In this document: positions 1 through 9,775 of the stretch, piece after piece
Layout: every line of letters starts with the position of its first letter
Numbering within the stretch: position 1 is the first letter of the stretch
Assembly (NCBI GenBank): GCA_029838215.1
Contig: JALGVI010000017.1
Coordinates: 1-64,000, forward strand
Source: Candidatus Helarchaeota archaeon
GTDB lineage: Archaea > Asgardarchaeota > Lokiarchaeia > Helarchaeales > RDOG01
Direction of reading: 5' to 3'
Length of the DNA stretch: 64,000 nucleotides
The notes under the pieces: generated by a model
Seen by the model: the letters and a program-made list of their open reading frames with translations, nothing else
Told to the model about the DNA's origin: nothing
The model's database searches: none
Position numbers and translations under genes: made by a program

Positions 1-34
1 TGGTTTATAAGTTTTCATCACAAATTCTTCAGAG

Positions 35-565
35 GTGGAGATCGTGAAGACCAATATTGCCTTAATCGGGTTCATGGGAACGGGTAAGACACATATAGGT
101 AAGCTTTTGGCGGAAAAATTGAAAAAGAAATTTATTGAAACAGATAAAATTATTGAAGAATTAGCGGGAAAGACTATTCCTGCGATTTTTGCAGAAGATG
201 GAGAAATTCGTTTCCGCGAATATGAGATTGAAGCTTGCAAATCAGTTGCGAAACAGAAGAATGTTGTCATTGCTTGTGGTGGAGGCGTTGTATTAAATAA
301 AATAAATATCGATTACCTGAAACAAGATGGCGTCGTGTTTTGCTTGGAAGCCACGCCACACACAATTTTAGAACGCACGATGAAAGACGGTAAGGAATCG
401 CGTCCTTTACTCAATAACCCTGATCCTGAGAAAAGCATACGAGATCTTCTAGAGTTCAGAGCGCCATTTTATAGTGCTGCGGCAGACTATAAAGTCGACA
501 CGAATCGCTCAAGCGAGGAGATCATTAGTGAGATAATAAGGATTTTCGAAGAGATTAGAGACTAA
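35..565 (+). CDS. aroK: Shikimate kinase, bacterial AroK (P-loop) type
   Basis: Motifs GFMGTGKT, GEIRFREYE, ACGGGVV, RPLL. GAGGTG at 32-37 suggests the real start is GTG at 44. Confidence 0.93.
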   Translation: MEIVKTNIALIGFMGTGKTHIGKLLAEKLKKKFIETDKIIEELAGKTIPAIFAEDGEIRFREYEIEACKSVAKQKNVVIACGGGVVLNKINIDYLKQDGVVFCLEATPHTILERTMKDGKESRPLLNNPDPEKSIRDLLEFRAPFYSAAADYKVDTNRSSEEIISEIIRIFEEIRD

Positions 566-574
566 AAATTTCTT

Positions 575-1456
575 CTATTTTTTCTTTGTAAGTCCTTCGA
601 TGATTATTTTTTCCATTATCTCAACGGGAGCTTTCTTTTTGGTCCATCGTTCAAAAGCCTCTACGCCTTGATATAAGAACATTTTAATGCCACTTATCGT
701 GAGAGCTCCTTTCGCTCTTGCATTCTTGATTAAAAGCGTTTCAAGGGGATTATAGACGGCATCAAAAACCACTAAGTCCGACCGCAATAAGTCTGCAGAA
801 ACAGGAGTTTTGTCAGCTTGAGGAGACATTCCTACTGGAGTGCAATTCAGCAGGAGATGAGCAGGTTCCAAAGCTTCTTTCAGATTTTCTTTTGTACTTT
901 CAAAGAATGAAATTTTTTTCTCACCATAAGTCTTTTTCAAGTTTGAAATCAATGCCATTGCAACTTCTTTTTTAATATCAGTCATTAGGAGCTCGTCGAC
1001 TTCCGTCAAAAGATAAAAACTAATTGCACGAGCTGCCCCACCAGCACCCACCATTACCGCACGCTTGTTCTTGAGGGTTACATTTGCTTCTTTTAACGAG
1101 CGCATGAATCCCAATCCATCTGTATTTGTGGCCCGCAAGTATCCGTCATCATTAACGATAGTATTGATTGCACCTATTTGTTGAGCGAGCGGATCGATTT
1201 CATCAACATATTTCATTGCTTCAATCTTGTGAGGTATCGTGACATTTGCACCCAAGAAGTTAAAAGCACGAATCCCGTTAATTGCACTTCCAACCTTATC
1301 ATTATCTACACGAGTGGCAATGTAGATGGCATCCACGCCTATTTCCTTGAAAGCAACGGTATGCATTCGAGGAGACATGCTATGTTCTACGGGATTTCCT
1401 ATCAAGGTCACGATTTTCGTCTTTCCGCTTAAATTTATATCTACCAAATCATTCAT
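575..1456 (-). CDS. aroE: Shikimate dehydrogenase
   Basis: Motifs GNPVEHSMSP, GANVTIPHK, GAINTI, NTDGLG, GAGGAARA, DAVYNP. Confidence 0.96.
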   Translation of the reverse strand: MNDLVDINLSGKTKIVTLIGNPVEHSMSPRMHTVAFKEIGVDAIYIATRVDNDKVGSAINGIRAFNFLGANVTIPHKIEAMKYVDEIDPLAQQIGAINTIVNDDGYLRATNTDGLGFMRSLKEANVTLKNKRAVMVGAGGAARAISFYLLTEVDELLMTDIKKEVAMALISNLKKTYGEKKISFFESTKENLKEALEPAHLLLNCTPVGMSPQADKTPVSADLLRSDLVVFDAVYNPLETLLIKNARAKGALTISGIKMFLYQGVEAFERWTKKKAPVEIMEKIIIEGLTKKK

Positions 1457-1470
1457 TCTCCAAATTTGTT

Positions 1471-2175
1471 TTAAAAATTCATCTTTAAATCCATGAGCTT
1501 ATAAATTTGTTGCATTTCAGAGATGTTAATTTGTCCAAGAGCGGTTTTCTCATCAAGAGATGCAAACGTGAACATTCCACCAAAGATAGGAGAAAAGACA
1601 CGAGAAAGTATGCCAGCTTGTCCCATGGCAAAACAGATCATTTTAAGATCAGTAACTTCTTGCAAGAGATTAAAATGAATGAGATTATCTTGAGGTTGAG
1701 TGGCCATCGTGATTATTTTGCCAATTTTTCCCCTCATTTGCTTTATTTTTTTTGTTTTTTCCAATAAGTTTTGAAGTGGAGGAGTTTTTTTAAAATCGTG
1801 ATAAGAACAGATTATTTCTACAGAATTTTTTTTACCTAATTCCATGAGTTCAGGTAATGTTTCAGTACTTAGTTCAACATCCACGTATCTTGGGCGGATT
1901 TCGATCAATTCTTTCAAAATATTTTGTCGCTCTGTTTCGTTACCTTGAAAGTATCCTCCTTCGGATTTCTTTCGAAGTGTAAAAATCACGGGAACAGTAA
2001 TAGACTCCATGATTCCGTGTAATGAGGAAGAAATGATGGACTTAAAATAATCCAATCTGATTTCAACTAAGTTAGCTCCTTTTTGAGCCGCTTTTCCTGC
2101 TTTTTTTTTGGCTTCTTGAAGGTTTTTAGCGGCAATTGCTACACAAATCATAATTAAGGCTCCATCATTTCTCAA
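1471..2175 (-). CDS. aroD: 3-dehydroquinate dehydratase type I
   Basis: Motifs VEIRLD, IFTLR..EGG, SYHDF..TP, KI, FAMG..G..SR, TA.GQ; lies within the aro cluster. Confidence 0.93.
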   Translation of the reverse strand: MRNDGALIMICVAIAAKNLQEAKKKAGKAAQKGANLVEIRLDYFKSIISSSLHGIMESITVPVIFTLRKKSEGGYFQGNETERQNILKELIEIRPRYVDVELSTETLPELMELGKKNSVEIICSYHDFKKTPPLQNLLEKTKKIKQMRGKIGKIITMATQPQDNLIHFNLLQEVTDLKMICFAMGQAGILSRVFSPIFGGMFTFASLDEKTALGQINISEMQQIYKLMDLKMNF

Positions 2176-3229
2176 TGATGAATTCTTCCTCGACTAGACG
2201 ACCAAAATGCCTTCCACCTTTTTTATAATAGACGAGGACTTCATCTCCAACCTTTAATTCTGCCACGGAAATGGCTTTCTTGTCTTTGGAGACAAGACGA
2301 ATGGTCTCGGCGTTCTGAAGGAGTATTTTTATACTTTCGCCTTGGACTTCAGCCTTGATGAGCATGAAAGGGCGTTTTTCGATTTTAACGCGTCCGATTA
2401 TTGCCACACGACACAGTCCTTCTGTATTTGCGATAAGAACTTCATTCCCTGCTTCTAATTCGGAGAGATATCTCGTTTTACCATCAGGAGCTAAAACATA
2501 TGCAGAGACGCTTGAAGCATTTACGCGAAAAGGGCGAGATGCTACAAATTCCGTATCAAAGACTTCAGCATGGACTAAAAAAAGACCTCGTGAATGAGAT
2601 CCTACTAGCATACCTTCACCTGGTTCAAGCATTGAACAAGTATCAACGCAGACGCGGTCTCCCAGACCAACTTCCTTGATTTCGGTAATTTTGGCAACTT
2701 CAAGTGGAACGATAATTTTCTTCATTAACAATTTCTGTATATCCAAGATTTCATCAGTGCCTTTAGGCGTGAGGACTACCCCATCAGCCCCTAATTCTAG
2801 TGTTTCTAGCATGAGTCGTGCTTCGGCAACATCTCTTACATTTACAAGCAAGCGAGAATTTAAAGATTGAAAGTCTGCAATTAAGTTCTCTAAAGGAATG
2901 ACCTTCCAAGTTTCGCTAGAGATCAGAATGTTCTCAACACCTTGCCGGGCTGTTTCTAAGATCTCAGCCAGATCTTCATTGGATTTTATAACAAACTCAA
3001 GGATCACGTTTTTTTTATTTTTTGGAATTTCCTTTCCCCGCTCTACTATAATGAAATCAGGGTCATTATCTGGAATATGAGAATAAATCTTCACATTACC
3101 TAGTTCTCGAATTTTTTGGTTGTGCTTCGAATGAACCAAAAAATGATTTAGTCCGTTTGTCAAGGCTTCGATAATGAGTGGTTTTATTTCGGTCCATTCT
3201 CCATCTAACCTTAGAATCACGCTTTTCAT
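2165..3229 (-). CDS. aroB': 3-dehydroquinate synthase II (archaeal, oxidative deaminating)
   Basis: Motifs GDRVCVDTCS, GEGMLVGS, RPFRVNA, YLSEL, GRVKIEKRP, LQNAETI, GRHFG. Confidence 0.95.
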   Translation of the reverse strand: MKSVILRLDGEWTEIKPLIIEALTNGLNHFLVHSKHNQKIRELGNVKIYSHIPDNDPDFIIVERGKEIPKNKKNVILEFVIKSNEDLAEILETARQGVENILISSETWKVIPLENLIADFQSLNSRLLVNVRDVAEARLMLETLELGADGVVLTPKGTDEILDIQKLLMKKIIVPLEVAKITEIKEVGLGDRVCVDTCSMLEPGEGMLVGSHSRGLFLVHAEVFDTEFVASRPFRVNASSVSAYVLAPDGKTRYLSELEAGNEVLIANTEGLCRVAIIGRVKIEKRPFMLIKAEVQGESIKILLQNAETIRLVSKDKKAISVAELKVGDEVLVYYKKGGRHFGRLVEEEFIIEK

Positions 3230-3468
3230 AATCCATCACTACGTGATCAGTTTTACAAGTTCATGAGAATTTAAACTTGTTTAAAAAGTTTTATCAATTT
3301 TTTTTCAAATTGCTTTGCTTCTTCAAATAATAAGTAATCTGATGGAAGTGGTAAAAATTATAACGATTTTTTTTTTATGATTTGATGTAAAATTTCGCTC
3401 AAGTTTATTAGTTAATAAAAAAAATTCATTGATTTTTGCAATAAGTATGCTGAATCTCAGGTGCATTC

Positions 3469-4938
3469 ATGATGAATGTTAGTGAGTATCTTCAAGAATT
3501 TGACATGTTTTTTGATCCTCAATCAATTGCCATTTATGGGGCATCAAATAACATTCAACGATTTGGTTCTTTTCATTTACTTAATTTAATTACTCAAGGA
3601 TATGAGGGGAGAATTTATCCGATTCACCCGGCACAAGATACAATCTTAACGGTGAAGGCTTACAAGAAAATCGGTGACGTTCCAGAAAAAGTAGATTTGG
3701 TCGTCATGGTTCTTCCGACAAGGCTAGTTCTTGAGAAGTTAGAAGAGTGCGGACAGGCAGGTGTAAGGGGGATTATCATAGTGACTGCTGGTTTTCGAGA
3801 GTTGGGGGATCTAGATACAGAATTGGAAATGACTCGAATCGGTGAAAAATACGGGATGAAGATAATTGGTCCGAATTGTATAGGGATTGTAGTCCCAAAA
3901 GTCAGGATCAATTTGAGTCCGATGGCAGTAGAACCGATTGCTGGAGACGTTTCCATTATTTCACAATCTGGGAGTTATGCATGTCATATCCTGTTCATAT
4001 TACGTGAAAAAATTGGGTTAGGCATCTCAAAAATTATTTCCGTTGGAAATGAAGCTCATTTGGACATCGTTGATTTTTTGGAATATTTAGGGGAGGATCC
4101 TGAAACGAAGGCCATTGGCATATATGTTGAGGGAATCAAGAGAGGCAAAAGATTTGCGGAGGTAGCAAGGCGGGTTTCTTTGAAGAAACCGATTATAGCA
4201 ATTAAGATCGGTCAAACAACTGCTGGAATGCGCGGTGCAGCATCGCATACAGGCTCGATTGCAAACGATGAACGTATTATAAATGGAGTTTTTAAGCAAT
4301 CAGGGATCATACAAGCGGAAACCAGTATTGACATGTTAAATGCCTTGCATGCATTTTCGTGTTTACCGCTTCCTACGGGTCCGAAAATTGGTGTCGTTAC
4401 ATTAGGAGGCGGTCCAGGTACCAAAATTGCGGATTTATTAGAGCAACAGGGAGTTCAGGTACCTCTATTATCAAAGAATCTTCAAGAGGAATTAATGAAA
4501 ATCTTGCCATTTACGGCTAGCCCAAGAAATCCCGTTGATTCGACATTTGACACGCAATTTGACAACATATATAAAAAAGTCCCAAAGATGCTTCTTCAAT
4601 CCGGAGAAGTTGATGGTATCATCGTATATGGAATTTGGAGTACTGACAGTTTAAAGTATTGGATGAATTCAGCCCCAGAGAATTTAAAAAGGCACATTCA
4701 TAACAACGAGATGATGGATCTTTTTAGTCGACTTTTGGAGGGAGGAGCAAAATCCTTGAAAAGACTTTCAAAAAAGTTTAATAAGCCCATTATTGGTTCT
4801 ACGCCTTTCTCTCGAACGATCCATCCGTTGATTGATTATTGTCAAGATCAAGGGCTTCCCATTTTTCAGTTTGAAGAAAGTGTAAGACCGCTTGTAATGA
4901 TGGTGCAGTATGCCGAGTGGCTTCGTCGGCAGAAGTGA
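3469..4938 (+). CDS. Acyl-CoA synthetase (NDP-forming) alpha subunit, CoA-binding
   Basis: Motifs SIAIYGAS, IGPNCIG, SQSG, SVGNE, YVEG, phospho-His ASHTG, NPVD; no ATP-grasp domain. Confidence 0.88.
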   Translation: MMNVSEYLQEFDMFFDPQSIAIYGASNNIQRFGSFHLLNLITQGYEGRIYPIHPAQDTILTVKAYKKIGDVPEKVDLVVMVLPTRLVLEKLEECGQAGVRGIIIVTAGFRELGDLDTELEMTRIGEKYGMKIIGPNCIGIVVPKVRINLSPMAVEPIAGDVSIISQSGSYACHILFILREKIGLGISKIISVGNEAHLDIVDFLEYLGEDPETKAIGIYVEGIKRGKRFAEVARRVSLKKPIIAIKIGQTTAGMRGAASHTGSIANDERIINGVFKQSGIIQAETSIDMLNALHAFSCLPLPTGPKIGVVTLGGGPGTKIADLLEQQGVQVPLLSKNLQEELMKILPFTASPRNPVDSTFDTQFDNIYKKVPKMLLQSGEVDGIIVYGIWSTDSLKYWMNSAPENLKRHIHNNEMMDLFSRLLEGGAKSLKRLSKKFNKPIIGSTPFSRTIHPLIDYCQDQGLPIFQFEESVRPLVMMVQYAEWLRRQK

Positions 4939-4977
4939 ACAAGCCGAAAAACATCCTTTCAAAGAGAGGAATTTAAA

Positions 4978-5976
4978 GTGATGGAAAACGTATTGGGGAT
5001 CGATATCGGGGGAACCCATATCCGCGTGGCAGTTGTCAACAGGCATGGAAATGTCCTTTCCATTTCAAAAAAACCGTCCCATCCATTTGAAAAAGGATTA
5101 TTTTCCTGCATTGAAGAGCAATTAAAAAACTTGAATGAAGAAGAACTCAAGATTGGTATTGGTTCTGCAGGGCCATTAAATCCAAAGACAGGAATATTGC
5201 ATTCTCCTGGCAACCTTGATTGCGGAGAATATAAATTAAAGGAAACACTTATTAAGAAGTATGGGGCAACGCAAGTTGAGGTTCGGAATGATTTAGATGC
5301 GATTGCTTTGGGATACTATCATTTTGGTAAAGATGTGAACCAAGGTTATCACGTGCCAGCCTTGGCAGTAATTGCACCTGGAACGGGATTGGGGTCATCC
5401 ATTCTGATCGATGGACAGTGTTATTTTGGTGGAGCATTTTCAGGATTTCTTTCGTTGGAACTTGGGAGGGCACCATATTTTGGAAGTACCTTAGAAGAAA
5501 TCAAAGCCAAAATTGGAACGACATTTGAAGATTTTACTGCAGGAAAGGGAGTAATTAGCATCTATAACAAGCTTTTCAAGAAATCAAAGGATGAGAGAAT
5601 TAGAAACATCATTGATCAAGCATCGGAAACGGAAAAACCGTGGTTAATTCAAAATTTTGCCAAAAAACAAAAGGATGAAAGGTTTTTGAAGAAATATCCT
5701 GATCTAAAAGATCTTGCTGTAGATGAAACGTGTTTGAATACATATAAAAATGTCGGAAAACATTTAGGGCTTGCCATTGCCAGTTTTGTGACTCTCATGA
5801 ACCCTGACCTCATTATTCTTGAAGGTTCGATTGGAATTAATGCCTCGGATTTAATGATGGATGATTTATCAAAGCATTTTAAAAGAGCGGTTTGGTCAAA
5901 GCACCAGGAAATCCCAATTCGAATAGGTAAATTATCTAATGCTGGAGTGAAAGGGGCAGCATCTTTAGTTTTTTAA
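4978..5976 (+). CDS. ROK-family sugar kinase
   Basis: Motifs GIDIGGT, IGIGSAGP, NDLDA, GTGLG, ELG, GAASL. Confidence 0.88.
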   Translation: MMENVLGIDIGGTHIRVAVVNRHGNVLSISKKPSHPFEKGLFSCIEEQLKNLNEEELKIGIGSAGPLNPKTGILHSPGNLDCGEYKLKETLIKKYGATQVEVRNDLDAIALGYYHFGKDVNQGYHVPALAVIAPGTGLGSSILIDGQCYFGGAFSGFLSLELGRAPYFGSTLEEIKAKIGTTFEDFTAGKGVISIYNKLFKKSKDERIRNIIDQASETEKPWLIQNFAKKQKDERFLKKYPDLKDLAVDETCLNTYKNVGKHLGLAIASFVTLMNPDLIILEGSIGINASDLMMDDLSKHFKRAVWSKHQEIPIRIGKLSNAGVKGAASLVF

Positions 5977-6594
5977 GACAGGCAATGAAAAAATCAGGTC
6001 CTTGATTTTAATGAGGTTTTTATTTCTTTCAAGAATTTGACTTATATTGTTTAAAAATGCGTTTTGGATGTTTATCCCATCAATAGCAATCGTTTCAAAA
6101 ACTCTTGTATGCGGTTGCATCTGAATATCGTTTAAAAATGCTCCTAAAGGAATGATGTCTGACAAGTCTCTTTTATTTAGACAAATTGTTACCGGAATGG
6201 ATTTTTCAAGATCTCCTCGAAAGAAATCCTGCAATTCTTTCCAGCTTTTTTCATTTTCAGGTCGTAGGCTTTTTTGGCTTTCAGCAACAAAAATGATGCC
6301 ATCTGTTCCTTGTAGGACTGTTTCTCTTGTTACACAATAGAAATCCTGTCCAGTAGCAGTCCATACATTAAGTTGGATGGTCCATTCTCCTACTTTCATT
6401 TTAAATGTTCCAAAATCAAAAAATAAGGTTCTTGCATTTGCTGAATGAGCAGTATCAATTGATACAGACTCGACATTAACATTTTTTTTGAAAAGTCTGA
6501 TGAGATATTTCCAGCTTGTTGTTTTTCCGCTCATTGCTGGTCCATAAAAAACCAATTTTATCTGAATGGTTTTTTGTCCTGAATCGATTAACAT
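5965..6594 (-). CDS. mglA: MglA-like small GTPase (copy 1)
   Basis: KLVFYGPAMSGKTT, RTLFFD, TATGQ (TxxGQ form of G3), NKRD; the MglA-family signature set. Confidence 0.85.
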   Translation of the reverse strand: MLIDSGQKTIQIKLVFYGPAMSGKTTSWKYLIRLFKKNVNVESVSIDTAHSANARTLFFDFGTFKMKVGEWTIQLNVWTATGQDFYCVTRETVLQGTDGIIFVAESQKSLRPENEKSWKELQDFFRGDLEKSIPVTICLNKRDLSDIIPLGAFLNDIQMQPHTRVFETIAIDGINIQNAFLNNISQILERNKNLIKIKDLIFSLPVLKN

Positions 6595-6739
6595 GGTTTC
6601 ACCAATTGAAAAATTGAATTGAAGTTAATGATATGAAATTCAAATTTTATTAAAAGTCGAATATTTAAACTGAAAGTTTTCAGGTTTATCTGAAGAAAAA
6701 GAAAATATTATGATTGTCGATCGAAGCATCTAATCTTGA

Positions 6740-6865
6740 CTATTTTTTAAGTCCGAAATTAAAAAGCAGCTGTCGCGTTGGATTTCGTTTATGCAATTCA
6801 TATAATACTTTCCATTTCTTAATATTTTCTTCAATGCGTCTTATTTCTCGATCTGAAAGCATCAT
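6740..6865 (-). CDS. Unannotated ~41-aa basic micro-protein MMLSDREIRRIEENIKKWKVLYELHKRNPTRQLLFNFGLKK
   Basis: Read from sequence. SD GAGGTGA at 6869-6875 (minus), ATGs at 6865 and 6862, TAG at 6740-6742; lies between the longin gene and mglA on the same strand. Confidence 0.6.
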   Translation of the reverse strand: MMLSDREIRRIEENIKKWKVLYELHKRNPTRQLLFNFGLKK

Positions 6866-6902
6866 TTTTCACCTCACTTTTCTTTAATTCTTCTGTCGTT
6901 CA

Positions 6903-7316
6903 TTAGCACCTGACGAAAATTTCATTTAGATTGTTCTCAAATTGAGGGAGGTCCGGTAACAGGGTATTATTTTCGAGACATGTTGGAAGTGCTTTTGAAA
7001 AATGTTGAAAGAATCTTCCGCGAAAACTATCGTTAATCTTGGTAAAATTTGGAGTCTTGTCAGTCAAGTCGAGTATATAAACGAAAGTCAACTTTTCGTT
7101 TCCTTCTCTTTCCCGGTATATCAATAGTCTATGTCGTGAAGTAGTTATCGATTTCAATTTTTCACCGAATGTTGTTTCCGAAAATGTTGAGATAGCACTT
7201 AGAAATGCACAAATAGCATGAGGATCTTCTTGATATTTATCAAAGCTCTTGTAAAACAGGCAAATACCACCTGGTCTAAATACATAAATGCCATGAATCA
7301 TTTTATTTTTCACCAC
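6903..7316 (-). CDS. Longin-like domain protein
   Basis: Pattern IHGIYVFRPGGICLFYK...AICAFLSAISTFS...LKSI, typical of archaeal/Asgard longin domains. Confidence 0.72.
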   Translation of the reverse strand: MVKNKMIHGIYVFRPGGICLFYKSFDKYQEDPHAICAFLSAISTFSETTFGEKLKSITTSRHRLLIYREREGNEKLTFVYILDLTDKTPNFTKINDSFRGRFFQHFSKALPTCLENNTLLPDLPQFENNLNEIFVRC

Positions 7317-7603
7317 AATTTGAATTTACATGAGTGCGAGGAACGACTATATGATATTTCATGAATTATCTTTTTTAATAAAGAAATATAAAGAGCAAGT
7401 TTAGGGATTTCTAATTGAATGCGAATTCAACATTGCGAATAATTCTCTAATATTCTTGACATAATATCATTGTATTTTTCGGATATGCACCAGTTTGTGA
7501 AAAAAAGACGTGATATTTATTGATTGTTTGATTTATTTTTAAGAATTGGTTTTTAAAAAATTCAAGTAATTCAAGTAGAATTTTTCGCGCAATGAATTCG
7601 AAT

Positions 7604-8719
7604 TTACGTGAGAAATTGAGTCAGGTCCCTTGTTTTAAGGAATGGTTTAATTTCTGTAATGATATCATCCGTAACGTTTTTTATAGCTTTTAATCCATTT
7701 CTAGCAGCAATTACAATAATAGATTCTTTTAAATTTTGTATGTTCATTCCTGCCCAATGCATTTTTTTCCAAGATTTCCCTAATATTTGATTTATATAAG
7801 CTTTGTTTAATAGGTGTTGAGCAATCTTATAATTTTCCTTTCGAAAATCATGAGGAATGAATCTTTTTAATCGGAACCCGATATTATATTTTTTACATAG
7901 TTGAAATACGTGTTTATTAATCCGGCTTGTCCAGCTTGGCCATGCTTGGGTTCCTGTTCTGTATAATGATTTAAATTCTTCTAGCAGGTTTGGAAATGCT
8001 TGTTGCAATTTTTCAAGGAAGAATTTAGCCTGAGCGTCTCGAAGAGTCATTCCAGCACCAAATAAGATAAAATCAGCCCCTGCTTCTTTCGTCCTCCTTA
8101 CTATTTCTTCCATATTCTCAGGCGAATCTTCTAAAAGAGGAATGATGGGAATAAAATTGGTTCCGACCTGTATTTTAGGGTATTCTTTTTTTATTTGTGT
8201 TATTGCTTCAAGCCTCTTCTCTGGGGGGCTTGCTCGCGGTTCTAAGAATTTAACTAAATCTTCATTAAATGTTGTTATCGTGAATCCGATCGTGCACCAA
8301 GTTGTTTCAGCAATATTGGAGAAAATATCTAAATCTCTTAAAACTAAATCTGACTTTGTTGAAAGAATCACCGGAAACTTGTGCTTTGATAGTACTTTTA
8401 AAATATTGCGTGTATTCTTGAATTTCTTTTCTGCAGGTTGATAAGAATCCGTGACTCCACCGATCGCCACGACATCTGATAATAAAGTTCTTGCACGACT
8501 TAATCGCTTATCCAGCATAATAGGAGCATTTTTTTTCACGTAAATGGTTTTCTCAAAGTCTGGATGTAAATAATATTTTTTTGAACGGGCATCGCAATAA
8601 ATGCAGGCATGATAACACCCCACATATGGGTTTAAGGTATACCGACACCAAAACCAGCTATCAATATATTTTAATTTATTCAGGATGGTTTTATATTGTT
8701 TTAAAATATATTTTACCAC
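7604..8719 (-). CDS. Radical SAM protein, SplB/Rv2578c-like (putative DNA repair)
   Basis: NPYVGCYHACIYC (CxxxCxxC), GGVTDSYQPAE, TKSDLVLRDLD, LEPRA.PP..RL. Confidence 0.85.
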   Translation of the reverse strand: MVKYILKQYKTILNKLKYIDSWFWCRYTLNPYVGCYHACIYCDARSKKYYLHPDFEKTIYVKKNAPIMLDKRLSRARTLLSDVVAIGGVTDSYQPAEKKFKNTRNILKVLSKHKFPVILSTKSDLVLRDLDIFSNIAETTWCTIGFTITTFNEDLVKFLEPRASPPEKRLEAITQIKKEYPKIQVGTNFIPIIPLLEDSPENMEEIVRRTKEAGADFILFGAGMTLRDAQAKFFLEKLQQAFPNLLEEFKSLYRTGTQAWPSWTSRINKHVFQLCKKYNIGFRLKRFIPHDFRKENYKIAQHLLNKAYINQILGKSWKKMHWAGMNIQNLKESIIVIAARNGLKAIKNVTDDIITEIKPFLKTRDLTQFLT

Positions 8720-8871
8720 GTGAAGACTTCCATGTTATTCACGGATTGAATCTGTTAGAGAATCATTTTTAGTGGTTTTTCGTTAATTAATCTTGATTAA
8801 AGATCAAGACAAGAAAAAAATAAATTAAATTGAGATTTAATTTTAGAGAAGAATGTATATGAATTTTCTTC

Positions 8872-9744
8872 TTGAACATGGTTGGAGTTGACATCGTGAC
8901 GAATGTAGAAGACGCAAAGAGAAAAGCAGAAAAATTAATTCAAAAGGGTTTATCAGCTCGTTCAGATGGATTCTTTTCCGAATCAATCAAGCATTGGGAA
9001 GAAGTAGTCAAGATATATGAAGAATTAGGAATGGAAAAAGAGCGAGCCAATATTGAAATCGAGATTGCCAATACTTATTGGTCAATTGGAAGAAAGAAGA
9101 AGGCAAACGAACATTACGATCTCGCAGATGAAATCTATGAGAAGTTAGGTATCCCAAAGGAAGGGCGCCATATTTCTGCAAAAGATCGTGAAGGAGTCCC
9201 AGAAAAGAAGGATAAAGAAGAAGAAAAACAAGTAAAAGGAAAATATTCATTAAAAGTTGTAGTAATAGGGGAACCTTCGGTCGGGAAATCGTCCTTAATA
9301 CGCCGATTTTCCGAGGATAAATTTGATGCCTCTTATACACCGACTATTGGAACCGATTTCATACTTAAACTCGTTGATCTTCCTGATAATGAAGTCATGC
9401 TTACGATTTGGGATATAGGGGGTCATGAGCGTTTTGCAGACATCAGAAATTTTTATTATAAAGGAGCAAATGCTGCAATCGTCGTGTATGACCTCACTAG
9501 AAGGGCAACTTTTAAGCGCGTGAATTATTGGTATGATGACATCACAAAATGGACGGGAAAAAAAATTCCCATTGTAATACTTGGAAATAAAGATGATTTA
9601 GACAATAAGGATGTTACAGATAGAGACATTGATAAGATGAAGACTATTATTAAAGGAGTGGAATGGTTCAAGACTTCGGCTAAAACTGGTGAAAATGTTA
9701 ATGATGCATTTCGCAGCTTGGCTGAAAAATGCCTTGAAATCTAG
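8872..9744 (+). CDS. TPR-like N-terminus fused to Rab-like small GTPase
   Basis: Two to three TPR-like helical repeats, then GEPSVGKSS, PTIGTDF, WDIGGHERF, YYKGA, NKDD, TSAKTGENV. Confidence 0.88.
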   Translation: MNMVGVDIVTNVEDAKRKAEKLIQKGLSARSDGFFSESIKHWEEVVKIYEELGMEKERANIEIEIANTYWSIGRKKKANEHYDLADEIYEKLGIPKEGRHISAKDREGVPEKKDKEEEKQVKGKYSLKVVVIGEPSVGKSSLIRRFSEDKFDASYTPTIGTDFILKLVDLPDNEVMLTIWDIGGHERFADIRNFYYKGANAAIVVYDLTRRATFKRVNYWYDDITKWTGKKIPIVILGNKDDLDNKDVTDRDIDKMKTIIKGVEWFKTSAKTGENVNDAFRSLAEKCLEI

Positions 9745-9775
9745 ATAAATTAATGATGAAGTTTGGCGTCCAATT

